From Mytilus californianus (lineage: Eukaryota), in NCBI RefSeq assembly GCF_021869535.1, contig NW_026262729.1:62001-126000 (forward strand): a DNA stretch of 64,000 bases, read 5' to 3'. The position numbers and the translations under genes are program-made. Positions within the stretch are counted from its first letter, which is position 1; every line of letters begins with the position of its first letter. The notes beneath the pieces were generated by a model. It made no database searches and was not told where the DNA came from. It was given only the letters and a program-made list of their open reading frames with translations. Positions 35,501 through 47,500 of this stretch are shown here, one piece after another.

Positions 35501-38500
35501 ATAATAGAGTTATTGGTAGCGCATCCTTCCGCATCTACTAATATGGACATTTTTAAATCCATGCATTATTAGAATTATAAACCATTGACTCGATTTTAGA
35601 ACAGCTAAACAATTTCTTTTGTCATGATGACTTTGTGCATGTTCTTCTGTCGATATTTTTATTAGAATAATTTTTGGTCATTTCTATTGTAAACATTTAA
35701 TGTAGTTCTCTATATATAGATATGTATTTAAAAATTAAAAGACATTCCATTCCGGAGTCTGTCGCAAACAATTAATACACATTTTACATTCCTCGGTACA
35801 TATTGCCATTGTGCTTCTTATTTTATTTTTATTAGACCTATTTTAAAGGTTTTCTATAGCAAACATTCATTTAACAATATTTTGAACACTGACTTCTATT
35901 AGGACAGCTATATACAAGTAAGGAGATGTGGTATGATTGCCAATGAGACAACTATTCACCAAAGTTCAAATGAAGTGGATGTAAGCAATTTTGGGCAACT
36001 GTACGGCCTTTAACAATGAGAAAACCCCTAACCATCCCCATCAACATCTCCTCCTTAATCTCGCACATGGTCTTTTAATGGCCTAAATATTATTACATCG
36101 TCAAAAGAAAGACCAATAGGTGATAATCTAGGCAACATTTTACAAATCTACAACAAAACCTGACTACGTTTAAACCTAAAGATGAGAATATATGTTTTGA
36201 AATGCAACATGGCTTTCCCAACAATGCAAAATTAAACATACCTTCACATGAAGTGTTGCACTTGTCTACATCTATCATTGAACATGTCTGTTGAATATAC
36301 AACATGAACTGTATTGAGTCATTATATATTGTCTATGTTCGTAGATCCGTGTATACCATACTTTTGCAGTATTAAAATTAAACTATTGATTTTTTACTTG
36401 AGAGGGACTGCTGCTTACAAGAAAGTTATTGAATACAGATTTCTCAAAAATAGAGTAAGTCATCTCTTCGAAAGTTTGTCGGACTTAATCATAAATTGAT
36501 TCACCGTTATAGAATATCTCATATAATCACAGCTGTGTTCCCCTCACTGAATGCAACGTATCAAAGGATTGTAACTTACCATGAGCAACGTGACGGGTGA
36601 CAATAGTGAAACAGAAACAGTTTACCAGTTGCTTTTGGTTGAGTTAGTTTTGCTTAATATTTTCTATGTAATGTTTATGACTGTTCGTTTGTTTGTCTTT
36701 TCGACTTATGAGTTTGAATGTCTCTTTGGTATCTTTCGACTCTCTTTTAAGACTCCATCAGATGAGCATTTAAGTTTAAAATTCATATTTTTACGTGATG
36801 TGTTATTGCCCAAATATTTGATATTTTGACTCGGATTTACTTGAAACACGATTTTTTTTTTAATTTAATTTATAAATTTGCTTCAAGTTATTTTTAATAT
36901 GGCAAGATTGTGAACTACAATTGACATACATGATTTCAAAATACAAAGATGAATAGTAATGGTTGTGCTTTTTTGTTATTTTACTTTTTATTTTTATATA
37001 GCATATTTTTGGTAAAGCTTACAAGATTTCCCATGTGTTTTATATTCATTTTGAAAGATGACGATATGATTTGAAGAATCAATATAAAGAAATTTAACAA
37101 AGAAAAGAATAAAGAAACAGCTAACGTTGGGAATATTTAACAAGTTACTAGTACCTGGCGTGTAAGGTTCCATACACTGAGTATTTCTTGTGGATCCACA
37201 AACGTCCCATGTATTCTACATGTATACGAATCGATTTGCTCCAGTTTTGTCGAGGCAACAAAACAGGGAGGTGTGAGATTACAAGTTTCAAATTCCACGC
37301 ACAGTTCTTCTTTTTTCAATTGATTCTTATTTGTAAATACGTTTATTATTTGTTTTAATGTGTATACCGTTAGTTCGTGAATGCTACTGCAGATTTCAGC
37401 TTTTGAAGAACTTTGAGTTGGTTTATCAGAAGTATTTCTAGTTACGTGTAAAATTATCATGTCGGCATCATTGATAATACTTAAGCAATATAATGTGTCT
37501 ATGGTAAATGCAACGAAATTCTTAAATACAATCGGCTTGCCATGAATTCGTTTGAAAGGAAATACATCAAACAGTGCACACGATAACTGTTTGAAAATTA
37601 ACGAAATTTGAATGCAATTTCTTAGTCTATATGCAACGCATGCACTTTGATCAAATTTTCTAAACTGCAACGCAAGTCCATCGGGTGCCATCTCTTTCAT
37701 ATATGATGATAGAAACAATTCGGTGTGATGCGAACTTGACTGCAGTCTACATGAGTTGGTTGATGCTAAATAGAGTAAACATGTTATATGAAATAGCGAA
37801 TCATTTGCTGAGATGTAACACTTGGTGATACTTTTATCGACATAACCTTCACTCACAATCTTCAGTTTATCATGAAGAGGCGCACATTCGTATTTATCAT
37901 TACCTAACATTATTGACACATGATTGAAAAATATAACTAATTGATAAAGAATAGAAACGTCTACACAAATGTTGTTTAGAGTGTCATCTGATGGTAGACT
38001 AAGTATATTTCCGTTTCGAGTTTGATATTTTAAGAATTTTTCTACATCTAGCTTTGTTGGCACTGTAATATGCTTGGCTTGATTGACGCAGAGTTCTACT
38101 GCATCTCTATGGTTGATGATCCCAGCACTACTCTTCCTGGTTGAAATAATAACATCTTGTAAGGAAAGCCATGTTGCTGGCACAGGTGCCCTCGCCTCAA
38201 TAGTTTTGCATGCTATAGAGGAAATATGTTGAGTGAGTTTGACAATTTTATCAGTATATAAATCCTCAAATGTGAACTCTAGCTCATTGTCAATAATAAC
38301 GTAATCACACATGTCTGTGTTATCTACAATGTCTGTAATCGTCTTCAGCAATCCAGAACCATCTTTAGTTGCCTCCTAAATACGATACATGAAATCAATT
38401 TTCAATTGTTTTTAATTTTGGGTTACGTAATGTAATTCTAAACTGAATTTATATCATATAAGAATTAAAGAAGATTGTGGGCACCACAACGACACAAATA

Positions 38501-41500
38501 ATCATTAAACATCGATAAGTAAACATAAAGTCAGTGTGCATATAATAGATTGTGGTGTGAAGTCTCCGAAAAAAGAAATTCAGAGCTTAAATGAAAGAAA
38601 TGTATGAATAAAGCATTGTAGAAATATAGTATACCAATATCAGTTCAATGGTAAGTCCAGAAAATAAGAGTAAGCATTTGAATCGAGCTTTTATGTACCG
38701 TTCCTTGCAAAAATGAAAATAAATACTAATCATGAGAAGGAATTAGTAAAATAAAATGTTATCTCCTTTACAATACGTTTCTTATTTTTTAACTTGTTTT
38801 TTGTCGAAAACCATTTAGAAACAAATGCAGAGTGAGTATATCAAATAAGATAATTTTACTGCAACCAAAGACCTATGAAATTGTTATTCTCCTATAGATC
38901 TTTTTGTGTACAGGCTGTTCTTTCAACATAAACATCGTTGTAAACTTGACACAAATAAACCAATTAACTCTTTCTTACCTTTAATGTTAAAATTGCAAAA
39001 TTGTACTTTCAGCCAAATGTCAAATGAAATGATTCAGCCGAAGCTGTATAACAGAATAAATATACGCCAACATACACATTCCCTCGATTGTGTAACATCT
39101 ATCTCACTACATATATACAACTCGAAACTATACCTCTTCATTCGATCCGCAATTCAGAACAACAAAAACCATTTTAGAAAACATGTCGTCAGTTAAATCT
39201 TCATTCCGTCCAGTAATTGTATCCATCAAGTATTTTATATAATCTGTAATTTGAAAAAAGGTATTTCTTAATACCTAAAAAAATTAATACTTTTTTTTTT
39301 CATTCCTTATTAGCAGACGCTTCCACTCTTAAAGTCTATTTTTTCTTGTATAGATTGAATAAGAAAATGAAAACAACACTTTATTAATTTTATGAGTCCA
39401 AAGCGCTTTTCTGGATTTACCTTCATCAGGAACGCTCAAAGCCGAATATTTGAAAGCCAAGGATGTACAAGAACCGAAACAGTCGAAGGGCTATATTACT
39501 AAAAAAGGAACAAAAAAATAGCCAAATTCATCTAAGGTCAACTTTGTCAGAGGGAGTTGAAACCATAGTTTCTAATAATTTCGAAATTTATTAACGGACA
39601 ATTTTAGAAATGTTTGTTGTAAATCATGTCAGTACCGAAGTACCGAAGTGCTGGCTACTGGGCTAATGATACCCTCGAGGAATGATAGTCCACCAGTAGA
39701 GCCAGTGCTGTAAAAAATGAAAACAACAAGTTTTAAATTTTATGCTTCCGAGGCTTTTCTAGATTTACCTTCATCAGGAACGCTCACAGCCGAATATTTG
39801 AAAGCCAAGGATGTACAAGAACCGAAACAGTTGAAGAGCTATATTACCAAAAAGAACCTAAACAAAATAGCCAAATCCATCTAAGGTCAACTTTGCCTAA
39901 GGGAGTTGAAACCTTAGTTTCTAATAATTTCGAAATTTATTAACGGGCAATTTTAGAAAGGATTGTTATATATCATGTCAGTACCGAAATACTGACTACT
40001 GAGCTGATGATACCCTCGGGGACTGATAGTCCACCAGCAGAGGTATCGACCCAGTGCTGTAAAAAATGAAAACAACACGTTATGAATAATAACCGTACAC
40101 TATCTGTATGTTAAAAATTAATCCTAATTCTAGCATTATCGTACTCTTCTATCCCGTTTCGTGTCTTGTGCAATTTAAATCTGACATCGCATATTGCAAC
40201 GCTTAAAACTATTCAAACATTTTTTTTCCTATAAATGTTATTTTAAAATTGAAAATAAGGCACATAAATATGAGGGAGAATCTGCATTATCCATAACCCC
40301 CTCTCTCAATTAATTGATGGTGGTAATGAACGTTTTATGTCATAGCATAGCATTTAGAGAATCAGACAAGCAAAATTACAATCTTTACAAAGCATGTGGA
40401 GATTTTTGTAGGTTTTTTTATGTTTATATTTGTCTACAAAAGACTCATCAGTGACGCTCGAATCAAAAAAGTAAAAAGAAAAAGGCCAAACAAAGTACGG
40501 AAAAACTCTGTGAATTAAAAGCCACAGTTGATTGGAGATGATTTGAAATGCGATTAGATACAAAAATCCACATGTTCAACTTATAGTCTCCAATCATTTA
40601 TACTAGAGACAGTGTAGATGTTAGTTAACTACTCCATATATGGAACAAAAAAGCAAAAGAAAGGCCCTGTTATGCCAAAACAATCTAATTTATAAAGATA
40701 TACAATATTTTGTTAAAATTTACAAACTAGATTTTGAAAATAACCCTAAAGTTTCATTAGAATCTATAATTCTCTATCATGAAGTATTTTCTGTGCAACA
40801 CTCACCTCTATTTGTCACAGGAGTGTTGATTTCAGACAAAACAGAACAAAATCTATCGATATCGATATCTAAATCTAGAACAACAATATATATTGCACTT
40901 GACGTAAACAAAAACTTATGGGCTGCTGCGAATTCAAATTTTGTTGATAGTGAGCACAGAGAAATTGATGCTAGATTACTATTATCTGTATTCATTGTTC
41001 GCTTTACATGTTCGAATGTTTCATAAACCTGCTTTCTGTTTTTCACTAATGCCACTTTAGGATCTAGATTTACGGTTTCTGACATTTCTCCATGTATTAT
41101 CGTATCCATTTTCTGTTGTATTGTTTGTGCCGCTTTTGCAAATTTTTTCTTAGTATTTGATACGAACTGCTTAAATTTTACTTGAGCGCCATCACTAGGA
41201 ACACGTTCAGCTGCATCGAAAGAATTGACGCTATCACCTGATGGCATGGAGATATCCATATTACCCAGTGACACGACGCTCCTTTCAGATTTAAGGGAAT
41301 ATAAACTAGTTGATGTTGTAGACCTTTGCAACAGTAAATTACTACTACTACTGTTATGCAGACCATTTAAATGAGGACTAAGACTGAATGGTTTTAGCTG
41401 CAGTTCTGGAGCATAGACAGTGTTACTTCTAAACAGATAAGACTGTTTATTTGCTTTGAGGCATTTCTCGTTCTCTGCTTCTGTTTTGAAATCATGTGTG

Positions 41501-44500
41501 TTGACATAGTGTCGGACGACCTCTCCCATCTGTCTGTGAACTAATTCCGCATCTGAAACTGAGAATAGTATTGTGAATCATTATAAAAATAATTATTTAT
41601 TTCAAAGTAGTGACTATTAAATTGTTTATTTCATTTTGTATTTTATAACATGTCCCTTGTTTCTATATATTATTTATATAAACCTTTAATATCAAGTTTA
41701 CACAATATTACTGAATTCGGTTTTATACGTCTTTACTATTTTTTTTTAACTTACACTTTAATTTTGATTTGAGTTTTTAATTGTGCACAACAAGGCATAA
41801 AATAAACGTTTTTATCCTTACGGACACCACATGTGATCACATACCACTAGACAGTTGTCTGATGCTACTACCCCGTTCAACATAAGCACAGAAAAAAATA
41901 AGGCGAATTCTATGCATGGATATTTTTTCTTTAACTTTGTACTCATGTAAGAACTGAATTTCCGGGTAAAACATGTGTATTCAAAAACAGTAGTTTACCA
42001 ATGTTCCAATCTGGTAAATCGACTAAAAAGTGATAAATCAAGGTAACAAATAAAAAGCGGGGGTATCACATGAACTCCAAAAGAGTGAGACCGGTGTATT
42101 GACAGTGTAAGCATCTCCTGTTATGCATGCATTACCCGACATGCGAATTCAAACTCAGTCAAAATGTCACATAAACTTGTGCAAAAATGGTCAGTCATAT
42201 CAAGTGATATAGAAATTAATTTTAAATACTTTTTTCGTGTGTTATCCATTCTCCACTTTCAATATTCATTTCACACATTCCATTATAGATATTTATTCCG
42301 TTTTCAATGTCTACATCTTTATCAGAGTAAGTTGACTGACGAATGAGAGCACGCATAACAACCATAGCAGAACGGTCATTTAATCCAATCACCCGTACGC
42401 TTACATCAGATGGACGGTATTCGCTTTTTTCGAGGCAGATTCGAAATTCTTCTGGTGTTAAAGTAAACATTTTCTCTGTAGATAAAATAATAAGTATACA
42501 CAAAATGAAGTTTGTTTTATAGTTTACTTATTTATACATGTATATATAGTGTCAGATTTCAAACATTTTATCTTTATTCTTTTGTTGCTCTTTTTTTTGG
42601 GGGGGGGGGGGGGGGGGGGGGAGGGGGGTTCCATTAGATTTGACGTTTCAACGACAACTCAAACTACTTAACCTGCTTATATGAAATTATGTCGCCCTAC
42701 ACTCTTATATCGATTTCTGTTCGTGTATGACCTTTCCATGGCTATGATATCATTACAGGTTACAAGAGCGCAATTATTTGTTTACATTTTACCGGCAAGT
42801 TTTTTTACCCCAAGATGGTACTCAGAATAGAATCCTATACGGCTTCTGATTGGATGATGCAGGATTGGAATTACATTTAATCGAAAGCCTATCCAATTAG
42901 GTTTAAAAATTGCAGAAAATCATATTCACATTTTACGAAGTATAGAAAATATCCTCCATTTCTGCACGATCCTATATATTTTTTTGGTTGTAATGCAACA
43001 CTGGCATTTCTAGTAACAGGAACTGCAATTCGTTTTTCCTAAGTTTGTATAGTCTTCGAGAAAAAAAATACGGAACACCAGTGGTACCCTATGGAAAATG
43101 CATTACGAATAATTGCGCTCTTGTAACCTACACATGCATTTCATATTAAGGAAGCAAAAAATGAAAGTTAAACACAGAGGAAATGTCCAAAAGTTATTCC
43201 ATACATCTAGAAAGTCAAAGACAATTTTATTTTTTTTCAATTCTGAAACATATATATTTCAAGCAAAGGATCGCGGAAAATATGCATTGTTACTTTGTAC
43301 AACAATATTTTACATGCACATATGTGTCGTGGTCAATTTCGTCGAAGAGTTGATGGTCAATACTTAAATCAGTTGAATAATGTTTCATTTTGATAAATGT
43401 TGACATTTTATACGATATATGGGATGGATAAGTTTATCAAAATATTCAGTTACCATAATGCAAGCTTTGGTGTAAAATAAACTGCATATGTCAGTAGAAT
43501 GATTTCATGAGACTTGTTAGCTTTAGCATGGATGTAAAGCTATACATATCTATAAGTTATTAGTTAGAATATCAACTAGAGCACACGCAATTTTATTAAG
43601 AGATTGTATTTATGATCACTCATTTTATGTCTGGTATATTTTACATGTTATATGAAGATATGTGAATATTAATGATGTGAACATTAAACAAACTTTTAGA
43701 TTTAATAACTAGTGGATAAGGATAGAGAAATATTATAGCTGGTTCCCTATTTTGATGGGCTAATGTCATATGAGTATGGATTTTACGATCCCGGACCCAT
43801 AATCCGAACTTGCACAATAGCTATTACACATAATATAACATAAAGATCAATCACTATACAAACACTACCATGCTAACGATTATTACTGTTACGATATAAT
43901 TCATTATTCTTTTTGAAGTCATTTAATATCTTGCAACCATAGGATCATCAAATCCATCCCCTACTTTTCATTTTTGCGAATCTTCTTGGTTTTTTTAATG
44001 TCTATATTTGTTTACGAATATCCTGTCATTTTTGCACTCAAGATGTACTTAAGAGGTTAAATCTTACATACCATTTACTTGTTTTGTAGCTGAATATGAT
44101 GTAAAAACAAGTAAACAATTATAATGTCGAAACCGCACAATTAGATATGTGGTTTGGTCTTTGTTTACGAAATAACTATTTACACAAGCCATTCTCATTT
44201 ACAAACATAGGAAGATATGTTATGTCTTCTTATGTTAAACATTCACAATATAATCCTGTATTAAAGAAATTTGCCTGGATGAGTAGGTATTCTTCATGTT
44301 ACTTTGGTTCTTAGAGTTTCAAAAATTTGTGAATGAATGCATGAAACTGCTGTAGGCATCAAAATTTTGAACACGCTTATATTGATTGCGGGGGAAATAC
44401 AGTTTTTATTCTTTCGGCTACCTAGAAAAAAGACACTCCAAATGATAAAGACACCGAACAATACACATTTGACTTAATATTGCAATAGTATATTTTAAGC

Positions 44501-47500
44501 TGTTGCACAACAAAGTGCTAATGACAAGACCTCGAAATAAGGTAAATCAGTTTTGTAGTTTTTGCAGTTTTTTGTATCAAATGTAAGAAGTTTAACGCTT
44601 ACAGCAAACATGTAGGACAGAAGTAGAAGATACTGATATTTGACAGACTATCAACAGGTGCGAGACGATATTTGTTAAAATATGTATATATATATACTGA
44701 AAAACCTTCATGTATTCAATATTTGTACATATATATATTTTAAAAAACCATCGTCTCGAACCTGAGACTAGTGAGAATATCGTCTTGGGAATATCTAATG
44801 GTGGCTAATGATTTTGTAACACTTTTATATTTCGAATTCAATTGGCAACTTGACCTTATGATACCTTCTGCTCAAAAGAATAAAAGGAACAAGCCGCTTT
44901 CATATCAAAACAAAACAAAGCTTTGCAGTTTGCAATGTGAGTCTCTATGTGTTTAATTATGTTAAAGAATTTTGTTTTTTTATTTCACACAAAAGTTATG
45001 AGGTCATGAACAAACGAAACAAAACATATACAAACCTTGCTTCCGTAGGGCCTGTATGATAAAAAAAACTCGGGCTTTACCAAATGAATACATGCATACA
45101 CATAATTGATTCATTTTAGATGGTAGTCTTGTTTTTCCTATTATACCTGTGCAAAAACCATTCATAACAATTTCACAAATATAATTATCATTTTTCGCAC
45201 TCTTCTTATACTTTCACAATGTTAAAATCAAATAAAATCACATCCCTTTTTGTTTATATCACTACTTACATCATGTTGTAATTTTAGCAGAATACTATAG
45301 CTGTTATTTAAAAGAATGCAATAGTCATATATGTTACCTTTATCCCATCAGCATCGCTCAGTAGTTCAACAATTCTTTCCAACTGTCTGCATTTTTCTTC
45401 TTTTTTCAGTTTTTTCGTTTTGCATAATGATTCAATAGCTACATCCAAGGCTGTCTTTTTAAACTGTATTCATAAAATTCATTAAATAAAAATATATTAA
45501 AAAAAGATATATACCTTTTTCCCATATGTCAAATTTCCTTCATCATGTATACTCAATGCAAAATAGTATCAGAGCAAAATACACATAACTTATTCGGACA
45601 AAGTGCATTTTAGCCTTATTAGATCGGTAAAGGGATTCAATTAGCAATTCTTATTAAAGAAGGTGATTGGTAATGTTACAATTGGGACAACTATCTACCC
45701 GAGACCAAATGACGTAGATGTTAGCAACAACAGGTCATCGTACGACCATCAGCAAAGAGCAAAACCCATATCGCACAACAATAGATAATAGGCATCGACT
45801 TGTACAAAACTACTTACGAAACTGTGACACTAGGTATGAATGATCTTATCGATTTGATGTTTTATTGAAACTAATAATGATCAATTATTACTTGGTTATA
45901 GGAATATATATGTCACAGATAAACACGGTTGAAGCCACATTCTTTCTTTGTTTATGATTTATCTACAAATGCGACTTATAGCCAAATCTTTACTTTCTAT
46001 CATAAGCAACACGACAGATGCAACAAGTGAGGCAGGAACTGCATACCCTTCTGTTGCATCTGCCTTCGCGAAAAGATTTTTTTTTTTTTTTTTTTTTATT
46101 TCATTTTTGATATTTTCTATTTTTCTATCCGTTATTGTAGGAAAAAACTATATGCAGTTTCATTTTAAGATACTGTATTTGTGAATAAGTCTTTTAAAAT
46201 TGTCATGAACTGATAAATGATAAATGGTAATGTTCATAGCAATGCACTATTGTAAGATGTTTTAATACCGATTTGACTTATCGTCTATGATAATTCGTTT
46301 GCAGTTGAAAATATCTGTCCTTCTTGGACTGATGATTTTATTGCCCCTTGGTAATTCATCACTTTTTTATCATCATTCTAGAAAGATGCTTAATAATTTG
46401 ATATCAGTCTCCATCATTTTCATCTGACAGAAATATTATAAATTATACTTACATTGTGAAAGTTGTACACAAATATGATTATTTTAATCTTGACTGTTTA
46501 TCGGATTAAACATACTGAGTAAACTTTATTGTGTGATTTTAAAAGACAGAGTTGTATCTTTTGCATAATTTTCATATTGGATGTTTCTACCCAATTATTT
46601 TTGAAATAAAGGATGCCAAAGATAATGCTTGGTATGTTTCTTGTCGTGGCTTACACCTGTATATAGGCAGTGAGGATCGGTTTGACAACTTTAATTTTCA
46701 TATATCAATACAAGTATTCCTACAGCACCTAAATATGGAGTTTTGTGAATCTGTCAATTGATACCATATTTCAGCGATTGTGTGCTTCATATCAGGATTC
46801 TTTGAAAAGGTGATTGGTACTTAAAAGAAGCTACTGTGACACTACTTATGAATGAGGTTATTAATTTGACGTTTTATTGAAATTAATAATGTTCAATAAT
46901 TTCTTGGTTATCGGAATATATATGTCACAGATAGACACGGATATATTCCTTTTGTTGAAGCCACCATTCTTTCTTTGTTAATGATTTATCTACAAATGCG
47001 ACTTATAGCCAAATCTTTACTTTCTATCATAAGCAACACGACAGATGCAACAAGTGAGGCAGGAACTGCATACCCTTCTGTTGCATCTGCCTTCGCGAAA
47101 AGAAATTTTAATGGAGATCAGTTGCTTTTACTTTCGTTTTTTTTCGTTTTTTATTTTTTTATTTTTCTATCCGTTATTGTAGGAAGAAACTATATGCATT
47201 TTCATTTTAAGATAATGTATTCGTGAATAAGACTTATAAAATTTTCATGAACTAATAATTGATAAATTGTAATGTTCATTAGATAACCAAGGAAGCAACG
47301 CACAATTATGAGATGCTTTAATACCGATTTGACTTATCCTCTATGATAATTTGTTTGCAGTCGAAAATGTCTGTCCTTTTTGGACTGATGATTGTATTGC
47401 CTTTTGGTAATTCGTCACTTTTTTATCATTATTCTAGAAAGATGTTTAATAATTTAATAGCAGTTTCCATTAACTTTATCTGACAGAAATATAATGAATT

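Noticed and set aside
36575-36625. Strong minus-strand donor-like site CATG|GTAAGT at about 36580
   Set aside because: There is no convincing upstream acceptor, and the Roco model is already phase-complete with the 36242-36308 exon.
45948-47226. Paired 78-aa and 83-aa ORFs
   Set aside because: They are products of the intronic segmental duplication, begin at non-ATG starts, have T-run-derived hydrophobic tails and are antisense to the Roco intron.
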